From the NCBI RefSeq assembly GCF_009914755.1, contig NC_060932.1: a DNA stretch of 64,000 nucleotides; one strand, 5' to 3'. The notes under the pieces are model-generated. The model was given only the letters and a program-made list of their open reading frames with translations. It did not search any database and was not told the origin of the DNA. The DNA comes from the human T2T-CHM13v2.0 reference genome, Homo sapiens. A program made the translations under genes and the position numbers. Shown here in pieces: positions 24,771 through 37,590 of the stretch. The first letter of the stretch is position 1. Every line of letters begins with the position of its first letter.

Positions 24771-26538
24771 ATTCCAGTGTTTTTATAGTTTGGGGTTTTA
24801 CAATAAGTCTTTAATCTATTTTGAGTTAATTTTTGTATATGATGTAAGGAAGGGGTCTAGTTTCAATCTTCTGCATATGGTCAGCCAGTTATCCCAGCAA
24901 CATTTATTGAATAGGGAATCCTTTCCCCATTGCTTGTTTTTGTCAGGTTTGGCAAAGATCAGATAGTTGTAGGTATGTGTACTTATTTCTGAGTTCTCTA
25001 TTTTGTTCCATTGGCCTGTGTTTCTGTTTTTGTACCAGTACTATGCTTTGGTTACTGTAGCCCTGTAGTGTAGTTTGAAGTCAGGCAGCATGATGCCTTC
25101 AGCTTTGTTCTTTTTGGTTAGGATTGGCTTGACTATTTGGGCTCTTTTTTGGTTCTATATAGATTTTAAAATATTTTTTTCTAGTTCAGTGAAGAGTCTC
25201 AATGGTAGTTTAATAGTAAAAGCATTGAATCTATAAATTGCTTTTGGCAGTATGGCCATTTTAATGATATTGATTCTTCCTATGCATGAGCATGGAATAT
25301 TTTTCCATTTGTTTTTGTCATCTTTGATTTCTTTGAGCAGTGCCTTGTAGTTTTCCTTGCAGATACCTTTCACCTCCCTAGTTAGCTGTATTCCTAGGTA
25401 TCTTATTCTTTTGGTGGCAATTGTGAATGTGAGTTCATTCCTGATTTGGCTCTTAGCTTGACTGTTGTTGCATCTCAGGGATAAAGCCTACTTGCTTTTG
25501 GTGGATAAGCTTTTTGACGTTCTGCTAGATTCAGTTTGCCAGTATTTTGTTGAGAATGTTTGCATTGACATTCATCAAGGATACTAGCCGAAGTTTTCTT
25601 TTTTCTTTTTGTTATCTCTGCCAGGTTTTGGTATCAGGATGATGAGTTAAGGAGGATTTTTCTCCTCCTCAATTGTTTGGAATACTTTCAGTAGGTATGA
25701 TGCCAGCTCTTCTTTGTACAACTGATAGAATTCAGCTGTGAATTCATCTATTCCTGGGCTTTTTTTACTTAGTAGGCTATTTATTACTTCCTCAATTTTA
25801 GAGCTTGTTTTTGGTCCATTAAAGGATTTAATTTCTTTCTGTTCAGCCTTGGAAGGGTGTATATGTCCAGGAATGTATCCATTTCTTTTAGATTTTTTAG
25901 TTCATGTGCAAAGAGGTGTTCATAATATTCTCTGATCATTGTTTGCATTTTTTGGGGGTAAGTGTTAATATCCCCTTTGTTTTTGATTGTGTTTATTCAA
26001 ATCTTATCTCTTTTATTCTTTATTAGACTAGCTAGCAAGTCTGTCTATTTTATTAACTTTTTCGAGAAAGTATCTCCTGGATTTTTTTATCTTTTGAAAG
26101 ATTTTTTATGTCATTATCTTCTTCAGTTCAGCTCTGATTTTGGTTTCTTGTCTTCTGCTAGCATTAGGATTTGTTCACCCTTGGTTCTCTAGCTCTTTTA
26201 GTTGTGATGTTAAGTTGTTGACTCGAGATCTTTCTAGCTTTTTGATGTGGGCATTTCATTTCCCTCTTTGTGGGCTATAAATTTCCCTCTTTACACTACC
26301 TTAGCTGTGTCCCAGAGATTCTGGTAGGTTGCATCTTTGTTCTCATTAGTTTCAAAGAACTTCTTGCATTCTTCCTTAATTTCAGTATTTACCCTATGTT
26401 CACTCAAGAGCAGGTTATTCAGTTTTCACGTAATGATGCAGTTTTGAGTGAATTTCTTAGTCTTAATTTCTAATTAGATTGTGATGTGGTTCAAGAGACT
26501 TTTTGTTATGATTTCAGATCTTTTGCATTTGTTGAGAA
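24771..26538 (-). mobile_element. Older primate L1 ORF2 fragment with internal deletions
   Basis: ORF 25155-25373 reads [46 protein letters not shown]; no 3'UTR or poly-A. Confidence 0.9.
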
Positions 26539-26808
26539 CAAACCTAGATTTTACCTACAAAATGCATAGGTGATATCAGTGACAGGCATTGAAACTGATT
26601 TTGTCCAGTTCTTGATTCACTGTGAGCAATTAATGGCAAAACGAATCCAGGAGGCACTTTTTGATTTGGGGTGCTTGGTTTTTTAAGGGCTAGAGTAGCT
26701 TAGCCTTTATATATATATACATATTTATCATGTATTTTTATGGTAATATAAATATATATGTGTTATATATTTATATTTAAACATATTTATAAGATTGACT
26801 ATATTAAC

Positions 26809-27207
26809 TTACTCTGTTTTCTGTTGCTATAACTGAATACCTGAGACTAAGTGATTTATAAATAAATTTATTTCTTACAGCTCTGATGGCTGGGAAGTCC
26901 AAGGTTACAGGGCTTATCTGGTGAGGATCTTTTCCCTGGTGGGGACTCTACAGAGTCTCAGGGTAGTGCTGGGTATTACTTGGTGGTGGCCTCACAAGAG
27001 ACAACCAGGAATGAATTAATCCATTCATAAGGGCTTGGCCTCCCAAAGGTTCTACCTCTCAAAAGTTCTCCCTCTCAAAGTTTCTACTAGTCACTTCCCA
27101 AAGGTTCTACCAGTCACTTCGCAAAGGTTCTACCTCTCAACACTGCTACCTTGGGGGACAAAGTTTTCAACACATGAACTTTTGGGGAACACATTCAAAC
27201 CATATCA
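26809..27207 (-). mobile_element. MST-family MaLR solo LTR
   Basis: ttttctgttgctataactgaatacctgagact...ggctgggaagtccaag...ttttcaacacatgaacttttggggaacacattcaaaccatatca; paralog of 4183-4491. Confidence 0.8.
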
Positions 27208-27668
27208 CCACTTTAGCTGTCTTGGCTACTATCTGCACCTTTTATGTTCAACCCATGTATATCTTTGAATCTATTGTGTGTCTCTTATAAATAATATATA
27301 TAGTTGGATCACATTTTTCTTATCAGTCTGACAATCTCTGCCTTTTGATTGTATTGTTTAATCCATTCACATTTAATGTTACTATGATATGCTTGGATTT
27401 ACTTCTATTTTCCTTTTTATTTTTAACGTTTCATGTATTTTTTAATTCTTTTATTCCTTCTTTACTGCTTTTTCATCAAGTGAATATTTAAAAAGTTAAC
27501 GAAACTCAAAGATTCTTGTACTTAGGAGAATGGATGTTTTTATACTTTTTTGGTAAACGTACATCACATATAATACTACCTTCCTGGCCTACTTCACAGA
27601 ATGATGTGGAAATCAGTGAGACAGTATGAGACAGAGACTGAGAAACCACAAAGTATTGTTTCTAATTA

Positions 27669-28054
<386 letters not shown>

Positions 28055-28649
28055 TTAGGTCATGCTTTTTTGGGCTAGTTAGTATGAAATCTATTTACCT
28101 AAATTCTGTAAGACTACTTAAAATGTTTATTAAATTTTGAAATTCATGTAACATGTTAGGATCATAGCCTTGACTTGAGAAATAACTGGTTCCCGATCAT
28201 TGCTTTCTGGGTTATGCACCTTGCAGTGATTACTTCTCCTCTTCTGTGTCCAGGTGACTGGATACTGTTGACTGATTAGGTAATTTATTTTAATGAAAAC
28301 ACACCACGTAGATGGTGCTGATAAGTCATAGACTTTGGCAAACTTTTCAGCATTCCCCAAGCAGTGTGGGCCCCTGCTTCTGCAGAGCTGACAGCTGGAG
28401 GGATCAGGCACTAATGTTTTAGTTTAATGAGAGACGTGCTATATGCAGCAAAAAAGCTGAGATGAGCTAATCTAACAGTGAACTTGCAGTTTACAGAGGA
28501 GAAGACATCTGATATAAAATGTAGAAGTTAGCCAAATGGTCATGAGCTGTGAAGAGCTTTCCATAGGTGAGAAAGTGCATTTGAAATGCACTTACTTGAG
28601 AATCCAACTCTGAAGTGAATTAGATTGGCTCCATTAAGTCATTTTAAAA

Positions 28650-28780
28650 GGCCAGGCACCATGGCTCATGCCTGTAATCTCAGCACTTGGGGAGACTGAA
28701 ACGGGAGGATCTCTCGAGCCCTGGGATCCAAGACTAACCTGGGCAACATGGTGAGACCCCATCTCTACCAAAAAAAAAAT
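28650..28780 (+). mobile_element. FLAM_C / Alu monomer
   Basis: ggccaggcaccatggctcatgcctgtaatc...gagaccccatctctacc plus A-tail; same site as 3224-3379 in the partner arm. Confidence 0.85.
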
Positions 28781-29920
28781 ATTTAAAATTGTTCAATGGT
28801 CCAGATTTCAAGGGTGAAGACAAAAAGTTGTTCAGCCATTTTTCTCAAACTAAAGCTCTCAAGCCGTAAGTGCCTGCTATTGTTTAGGTGTCTAAAATTT
28901 TAGTTGCCCAGAATCTAATTTAGAAGAGTAGCTTTCAGGTTGTTATTTTGAAGCCATGAAACCTTTTCTTCAATATTAATTTTGTAAAGAAATTCACTAT
29001 GTGAAATATGTAATACAGACCTTCTGTGAATGAGGAATGTGGGAGAGATCCTCTGTTGCTCCTTTATGATCATAAAAATACCACATACTTTTTAAGAAAG
29101 CTGGTCAATATAAGAAAATATATATAAAAGAAATGTAAAATTGTCCCTAAATTTTACTTAAGTGAAGATAACCACTTTGGCATTTAACTAGATATATTTT
29201 ATATATCCCTATGTATGCACTCAAAAAATTAATCTGTATAAATAGATCTTTTATGCTGATGCTTTATAACCTGATTGCTTTCACTCTCTAGTCTGTTGTT
29301 ATCCGTGTCAGAAACTTTGGGTTTATAGCCTTAATAGCTGCACAGTATTTTTGCATAGATGTACCATATATTAATTCCCTATTCATGACATTTGGGCTGT
29401 TGCTATTTTTCACTTTTACAAGTGACTCCTCTGCAGTGACTCTTCTTTTCTATTCATGTTTGTAAACTTTTGTGATTATCTTCTTAGAATAAATTCCTGG
29501 GTAAAGAATTTCTAGGTCAAAGGGCACACACACTAAAAATTTTCATAAATTGCCAAACAATGTATTTAATTAATAATGAATATCAAAATATTTACATTTT
29601 GACTCTCTTTATGCAGGCAAATTTTTATTTCCTGTGTTGTTTTAAACTAAATTGAAAGAAAAAAATTGAGTGGTAAAAAATATTTGAAAAAATGTTTTAC
29701 CTTTAACAAATTTAAATATTTTATATAATTCATAAAAGAAAGCCATGCTCTCTAATACTTGTTTAAAAATATTAATCTTTAAAGTAAAATCTTTGAAATT
29801 AAGTTATTTCAAAATGTTTTCATTTAGGTAATGTTTGGGCTTCCAAATATGAATAACTGTTTCTTTCATATGTCAATATTAAGAAAAATATTTTGAAGGT
29901 AACATTGGTTGATCTCTAAC

Positions 29921-30016
29921 ATTTTCCTTTCACTTCAATGTTTGCATTGTATGAAAATAGTCTTACTGCCATTAACACATTTTCATTATAGGCAGCATAA
30001 TGGAGAGCAGTGTTTC
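29921..30016 (-). pseudogene. 3' half of ankyrin exon 3, inverted copy
   Basis: Minus strand reads [31 protein letters not shown], then GT at 29920-29919; the 5' half is replaced by L1. Confidence 0.88.
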
Positions 30017-33000
30017 AATAGCCCTTTGTCAGATGGGTAGATTGCAAAATTTGCTCCCATTCTGTAGGTTTCCTGTTCACTCTGATGATAGTTTCTTTTG
30101 CTGTGCAGAAGCTCTTTAGTTTAATTAGATCCCATTTTTCAATTTTGGTTTTTGTTGCCGTTGCTTTTGGTGTTTTAGACATGAAGTCTTTGGCCATGCC
30201 AATGTCCTGAATGGTATTGCCTAGGTTTTCTTCAAGGATTTTTGTGGTTTTAGGTCATATGTTTAAGTTTTTAATCCATCTCGAGTTAATTTTTTATAAG
30301 GTGTAAAGAAGGGGTCCAGTTTCAGTTTTCTGCATATGGCTAGCCAGTTTTCTCAGTACCATTTATTAAATAGGGAATCCTTTCCCCATTGCTTGTTTGT
30401 GTCAGTTTTGTCAAAGATCAAATGGTTGTAGATGTGTGATGTTATTTCTGAGGCCTCTGTCCTGTTTCATTGGTCTATATATCTGTTTTGGTACCAGTAC
30501 CATACTGTTTTGGTTACTGTAGCCTTGTAGTATAGTTTGAAGTCAGGTAGCATGATGCCTCCAGCTTTGTTCTTTTTGCTTAGGATTATCTTGGCTATGT
30601 GGGCTCTTTTTTGGTTCCATATGAAGTTTAAAGTAATTTTTTTTCAATTCGGTGAAGAAAGTCAATGGTAGCTTGATGGGGACAGCATTGAATCTATACA
30701 TTACTTTGGGCAGTATGGCCATTTTCACAATATTGATTCTTCCTATCCATAAGCATAGAATGTTTTTCCATTTGTTTGTGTCCTCTCTTATTTCCTTGAG
30801 CAGTGGTTTGTAGTTCTCCTTGAAGAGGTTGTTCACATCCTTTGTAAGTGGTATTCCTAGGTATTTTATTCTCTTTGTAGCAATTATGAATGGGAATTTG
30901 GTCGTGATTTCGATCTCTGTTTGTCTATTATTGGTGTATAGGAATGCTTGTAATTTTAAAACATTTATTTTGTATCCTGAGACTTTGCTGAAGTTACTTA
31001 TCAGCTTAAGGAGATTTTGGGCTGACACGATGGAGTTTTCTAAATATACAATCATGTCATCTGCAAACAGAGACAATTTGACTTCCTCTTTTCCTATTTG
31101 AATACCTTTTATTTCTTTCTCTTGCCTGATTGCTCTGGCCAGAACTTCTAACACCATGTTGAATAGGAGTGGTGAGAGAGGGCATCCTTGTCTTATGCCG
31201 GTTTTCAAAGGCAATGCTTCCAGTTTTTGCCTATTCAGTATGATATTGGTTGTGGATTTGTCATAAATAGCTCTTATTATTTTGAGATACATTCCATCAA
31301 CACCTAGTTTATTGAGAGTTTTTAGCATGAAAGGGTGTTGAATTTTATTGAAGGACTTTTCTGCATCTATTGAGATAATCATGTGGTTTTTGTCATCGAT
31401 TCTATCATATAATGATGGATTACATTTATTCATTTTCATATGTTGAGCCAACCTTTCATCCCAGGAATGAAGCCAACTTGATTGTGGTGGATAAGCTTTT
31501 TGATGCACTACTGGATTAGCTTTGCAGTATTTTATTTAGGATTTTCCCAACGATGTTCATCAGAGATATTGGCCTGAAATTTTCTTTTTTGTTGTGTGTC
31601 TGCCAGGTTTTGGTATCAGGATGATGCTGGCCTCATAAAATGAGTTAGGGAGGATTATCTCTTTTTCTATTGTTTGGAATAGTTCAGAAGGAATGGTACC
31701 AGCTCCTCTTTGTACCTCTGGTAGAATTCGGCTGTGAATCCTTCTGGTCCTTGACTTTTTTTGGTTGGTAGGCTATTCATTACTGCCTCAATTTCAGATC
31801 TCATTATTGGTTCATTCAGGGATTCAACTTCTTCCTGGTTTAGACTTGGGAGGGTGTATGTGTCCAGGAATTTATTCATATCTCCTAGGTTTTCTAGTTT
31901 ATTTGCATAGAGAGTTTTCTAGTATTCTCTGATGGTGGTTGGTATTTCTGTGGGATCAGTAGTGATATATCCCCTTTATCCTTTTTTATTTCATCTATTT
32001 GATTCTTCTCTTTTTTCTCCTTTATTAGTCTGGCTAGTGCTGTATTTTGTTGATCTTTTCAAAAAAGCAGCTCCTGGGTTCACTGATTTTTTTGAAGGGT
32101 TTATCATGTCTCTGTCTCCTTCAGTTCTGCTCTGATCTTAGTTATTTCTTGTCTTCTGCTAGCTTTTGAATTTGTTTGCTCTTGCTTCTCTAGTTCTTTT
32201 AATTTTGAGGTTAGGGTGTCGATTTTAGATCTTTTCTGCTTTCTCTTGTGGGCATTTAGTGCTATAAATTTCCCTTTACACACTGCTTTAAATGTGTCCC
32301 AGAAATTCTGGTACACTGGTCTTCGTTCTCATTGATTTCAAAGGACATTTTTATCTGTGCCTTCATTTCGTTATTTACCCAATAGTCCTTCAGGAGCAGA
32401 TTGTTCAGTTTCCATGTAGTTGTGTGGTTTTGAGTGAGTTTCTTAATCTTGAGTTCTAATTTGATTGCACTGTGATCTGGGAGACTGTTTATTATGATTT
32501 CTGTTCTTTTGCATTTGCTGAGGAGTGTTTTACTTCCACTTATGTGGTCAACTTTAGAATAAGTGCGATCAGGCGCTGAGAAGAATGTATATTCTGTTGA
32601 TTTAAGGTGGAGAGTTTTGTAGATGTCTTTTAGGTCTGCTTGATCCAGAGCTGAGTTCAAGTCCTGAATATCCTTGTTAATTTTCTGTCTCATTGATCTG
32701 TCTAATATTGACAGTGGGGTGTTAAAGTCTCCCATTGTTATTGTGTGGGAGTCTAAGTCTCTTTGTGGGTCTCTAACAACTTGCTTTATGAATCTGGGTC
32801 CTCCTGCATTGGGTGCATATGTATTTAGGACAGTTAGTTCTTCTTGATGCATTGATCCCCTTACTGTTACATAATGCCCTTGTCTTTTTCGATCGTTATT
32901 GGTTTAAAGTCTGTTTTATCAGAGATTAGCATTGCAACTCCTGCTTTTTTTTTGCTTTCCTTGTGCTTGATAAATATTCCTCCGTCCTTTTATTTTGAGC

Positions 33001-34836
33001 GTATGTGTGTCTTTGTATGTAAGATGGATCTCCTGAATACAGCACACTGATGGGTCTTGACTCTATCCAATTTGCCAGTCTTTGTCTTTTAATTTGGGCA
33101 TTTATCCCATTTACATTTAAGGTTAATATTGTTATGTGTGAATTTTATCCTGTCATTATGATGCTAGCTGGTTATTTTGCCCACTAGTTGATGCAATTTC
33201 TTCATAGTGTTGATGATCTTTACAATTTGGTATGTTTTTGCAGTGGCTGGTACAAGTTGTTGTTTTCCATGTTTAGTGCTTCCTCCAGGAACTCTTGTAA
33301 GTCAGGCCTGTTGGTGACAACATCTCTGAGCATTTGCTTGTCTGTAAAGGATTTTATTTCTCCATCACTTATGAAGCTTACTTTGGCTGGATATGAAATT
33401 CTGGGTTGAAATTTATTTTCTTTAAGAATGTTGAATATTGGCCTCCATTCTCTTCTGGCTTGCAGGGTTTCTGCAGAGATCTGCTGTTAGTCTGATGGGC
33501 TTTCCTTTGTGGGTAACCTGACTTTTCTCTCTGGCTACACTTAACCTTTTTTCCTTCACTTCAACCTTGGTGAATCTGATGATTATGTGCCTTGGGGTTG
33601 CTCTTCTCAAGGAGTGTGTTTGTGGTATTCCTTGTATTTCATGAATCTGAATCTGAATGTTGGCCTGTCTTGCTAGGTTGGGGAAGTTCTCCTGGATAAT
33701 CTCCTGAAGAGTGTTTTCCAACTTGGTTCCATTCTCCACAACTCAGTTTATTTCATTAAGTTGGCCTTTAATCTCTGATATCCTTTCTTCCGCTTGATCA
33801 ATTCAGCTATTGATACTTGTGTATGCTTCACAAATTTCTCATGCTGTGTTTTTCAGCTCCATCAGGTCATTAGTGTTCTTCTCTAAACTGGTTATTCTAG
33901 TTAGCAATTCTTCTGACCTTTTATCAAGGTTCTTAGCTTCCTTGCATTGGGTTAGAACATGCTCCTTTAGCTAGGAGGAGTTTGTTATTACCCACCTTCT
34001 GAAGCTTACTTCTGTCAATTCATTAAACTCATTCTCCATCCAGTTTTGTTCCCTTGCTGGAGTTGTGATCTTTTGGAGGAGAAGAAATGTTGTGGCTTTT
34101 GGAATTTTCAGACTTTTTGTGCTGGTTTCTCCCCATCTTTGTTGATTTACCTACCTTTGGTCTTTGATGTTGGTGACCTTCAGATGGGGCCTCTGAGTGG
34201 ACATGCTATTCCTTTCTGTTTGTTAGTTTTCTTTCTAACAGTCAGGACCCTCTGCTGCAGGTCTGCTGGAGTTTCCTGAAGATCCACTCCAGACCTTGTT
34301 TTCCTGGGCATCACCAGTGGAGGTTGCAGAACAGAAAAGATTGCTGCCTGTTCTTTTCTCTGGAAGCTTTGTTCCAGAGGGGCACATGCCAGATGCCAGC
34401 CAGAGCTCTCCTGTATGAGGTGTCTGTCAGACCCTACTGGGAGGTATCTCCCAGTCAGGATACACAGGGGTCAGGGACCCACTTGAGGAGGCAGTCTGAC
34501 CCTTAGCAGAGCTCGAACGCTGAGCTGGGAGGTTCACTGAATGCTCTTCAGAGTCATCAGGCAGGGACGTTTAAGTTTGCTGAAGTTGTGCCCACAGCCA
34601 ACCCTTTCCCCAGGTGTTCTGTCCCAGGGAGATGGAGGTTCTATCTATTAGTCCCTGACTGGGGCTGCTGCCTTTCTTTTCAGAGGTGCCCTGCCCAGAG
34701 AGGAGAAATCTGGTAGTCTGGCCTTAGCGGCCTTGCTGAGCTGTGGTGGGCTCTGTCCAGTTCAAAGTTCCCAGTGGCTTTGTTTACACTGTGAGGATAA
34801 AACTACCTATTCAAGCCTCAGCAATGGCGGATGCCC
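30017..34836 (-). mobile_element. L1PA (roughly PA7-8 age): partial 5'UTR, deleted ORF1, disrupted ORF2, 3' end missing
   Basis: ORF1 piece ENTLQEIIQENFPNLARQANIQI (33422-33739), EN piece (32262-32852), RT with [11 protein letters not shown] (30543-31508); no 3'UTR or poly-A. Confidence 0.95.
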
Positions 34837-35080
34837 TTCTTCTGCCAAACATTCAATTATGTCAGATGTTTCTTTTCCCAAGCATTCAATATTGTCAGGT
34901 TTTTCTCCTGCCAAATATTTAATCTGATGTGTCTTCTGCCAAATGTTCAATCTTGTCTGATATTTCTTCTGCTGACGATGCAGTCTTCTCAGATGTTTCT
35001 TCTGACACACATGCAATCTTCTTAAATGTTCTTTCTGCCAAATATTGAATCTTGTCAGATGTTTCTTTTGCTATTTCTTC
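34836..35080 (-). repeat. ANKRD30-type 33-bp (11-aa) repeat patch, ~7 units
   Basis: Minus-strand ORFs ETSDKIQYLAE-RTFKKIACVSE-ETSEKTASSAE-EISDKIEHLAE and EKPDNIECLGK-ETSDIIECLAE resemble ANKRD30A GTSDKIQCLEK repeats. Confidence 0.85.
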
Positions 35081-35172
35081 CCACAAAGCCTCCCAACTCT
35101 GATGGGGTGTTTCTCTTACATCCACCCAGCTCCTCTTGTTGACTGCAGCCCCCAGTTGGCAGTTCCTGTTAC

Positions 35173-35383
35173 CTCTTCTTATTGTATGTTTCATACAAGT
35201 TTTTTCTCTTGAGCATAAGGATCTGCTTCAGCTTCCGTACTTTTTTTTCTGGATGGAAGATTTGTGAATCTTCCTGAAGTTATCAACTGGAATTTTGCAC
35301 TGATGTTATAAGAAGATGTTATCACAGAAGGAGCTCAGGGGCACCTGGCACTTCTGGCTCTTTACAGCAAAGATCTTTTTCAT
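35173..35383 (-). pseudogene. ANKRD26/ANKRD30-family exon 1, inverted copy C
   Basis: Minus strand gccATGAAAAAGATCTTTGCTGTAAAGAGCCAGAAGTGCCAGGTGCCC = MKKIFAVKSQKCQVP, later FRKIHKSS and RKLKQILMLKRKNLYETYNKKR, donor AG|GTAACA; frameshifts and a stop. Confidence 0.88.
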
Positions 35384-35499
35384 GGCTGTGACTACCAACT
35401 TCAATAACACCACAGCTCACCCTCACTCTTCCTCACCTCCCCTCCGACCCCAATGCCAGCAAGCAATTTGCTCTGGCCAAGATCTCTGACAGAGGTCTC

Positions 35500-35586
35500 A
35501 TCGTCTTGAGACTCTTAGAGAACAAACACACCATCTCCAGCCTCTCAGAGCAGAAACACACAGTCTCCAGCCTCTCACAGAAAAAA

Positions 35587-35621
<35 letters not shown>

Positions 35622-37590
35622 ACCTCACCATCTCCAGTTTCTCAGAGGAGAGTCTGGCCATCTCCTACTTTGCAGTGAATAGACTCACTGTCTCCAGACT
35701 GTCAGATGAGAGACTTACGTCTTGCAGCCTCTAAGAAGAGGACCCCAATGTCTCCAGCCTCTCAAAGGAGAAACTCATCATCACCAGCTTTTGGAGGAGA
35801 AACTGGCTGTCTCCAGCCTCTCAGAGAATGACCTTTCCATCTCCAGCCTCTCACAAGAGAAACTCACCATGTCCAGCTTCTGGAAAATAACTCACCATCT
35901 GCAGCCTCTCAGAGGAGAAACTGGTTGTCTTTAGCCTCTCAGAAAAGGAATTCACAGTCTCTAGCATCTCAGAGGACAAACTTATCATCCTGAGCCTCTC
36001 AGAGAAGAAACTTACTGTTTCCAGCCTCCTAGACAGAAACTTGCTGTCTCCAGCCTCTCAGAGGAGAAACGGTCACCAGCCTCTTAGAAGAAGAAAATCT
36101 TGCTGTCTCCAGCCTCTTGGAAAAAAAACTGGCCATCTCCAGCCTCTGAGAAGAGGACCTCATTGTCTTCAGCCTCTCAGAAAAAGAACTCACCAACTCC
36201 ATCCTCTCAGAGGAAGAACTCACCATATCCAGCCAATCACAGAGACTCACACTCCCCAGCCTCTCAGAGGAGAGACTCACTGTCTTCGCCTCTCAGAGAA
36301 AAAACTCACTGTCTCCAGCCTCTCAGAAAAGAAACTAACCATCTCCGGTCTCTTGCAGAGGGATCTCACTATCTCCAGCCTCTCACAGGGGGACTTCATG
36401 TCTCTAGCCTCTCACAGGATGACCTCACTTTCTCCAGCCTCTTAGATGAGGAACTCACAGTCTCTGGGCTCTAAGAGAAGAAACTCATCATCTTGAGTCT
36501 CTCAGAAGAGTAACTGACCATCTCCAACTTTCCAGCAAAGAAACTGGCCATCTCCTACCTCTCAGAAAAGAACCTCACCATCTCCAGCCTCTCAGAAATG
36601 GAATTGGCCATCTCCTGCCTCTCAGAGGAGGACCTCAATGTCTCCAGACTCTCAGAGGAGGAATTCACAGTCTCCAGGCTCTCTGAGATGAAACTCACTA
36701 TCCTGAGCTTCTGAGAAGAGAAGCTTACCATCTCCAACCTCCCAGTAAAGAAACTGGCCATCTCCTGCCTCTCAGAATGAGGATACACCACCTCCAGACT
36801 CTCAGAAGAGAGACTTGTCATCCTCAGCTTCTCAGAGAAGACACTCACCATCTCCACTTTATTGGAAGAAAAGCTCACAGTCTCCAGCCTCTCAGAAGAA
36901 AATCTGGTCATCTCCAGCATCTCAGAGGAGCACTTCTCCTTCTCCAGCCTCTCAGAGGGTGGAACTTGTAGTCTTTAGCCTCTTAGAGGAGAAACTCATC
37001 ATCTCCAGCCTTCTCTCAGAAGGGAAACTGGCTGTCTCCAGCCTCTCAGAGGAGAAACTTTTTGTCTCTAGCCTCTCAGAGTAGGACCTCACCATCTCCA
37101 GCTTCTCAGAAAATAAATTAATCATCTTCAGCCTCTCAGAGGTGAAACTCACAATCTACAGCCTCTCAGAAGAGTACCTTGCAGTCTGCAGTCTCTCAAA
37201 GGAGAAAATTGCCATCTCCAGCCTCTCGAAGAAGAAACTGTCTGCAGCCTCTCAGATGAGGAAATCTTCATCTCCAGTCACTCAGGAAATAAACTTACCA
37301 TCTCCAGCCTCTGAAAGAAGAAACTTGCTGCCTCCAGCCTCTCAAAGGAGGAACTCACCATCTCCAGTCTCTCATAGAAGGGCATAATTTTCTCCAGCCT
37401 CTCAGGAAAAAAAAAGACTTGCCATCTCCAGCCTCTCAGGAGAAACTCATTGTCTCCAGCCTTTCAGAGGAGAGAGTCACCATGTCCAGTTTCTCAGAGG
37501 AGGAGCTCACTGTCTTCAGCCTCTCAAAGTAGGGCTTTACCATCTCCTGCTACTCAGAGAAGAAGCTCCCCACCTCCAGCCTCTCAGTGG
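35500..37590. repeat. 30-bp tandem array, ~68 units, consensus AAACTCACCATCTCCAGCCTCTCAGAGGAG
   Basis: Exact 30-bp register visible at 36481-36900; interrupted by (AAAT)n at ~35583-35622. Confidence 0.95.

Noticed and set aside
26490-26538. Two L1 fragments (ending 26538 and 55829) stop within ~35 nt of the same ORF2 position
   Set aside because: Different ages and flanks; most simply a coincidence
35500-37590. CRISPR-like array, or derivation from the 33-bp ANKRD30 repeat (SSERLE resembles TSDKIE)
   Set aside because: No unique spacers and the context is eukaryotic; positional and nucleotide homology to the exon-1 leader explains it better
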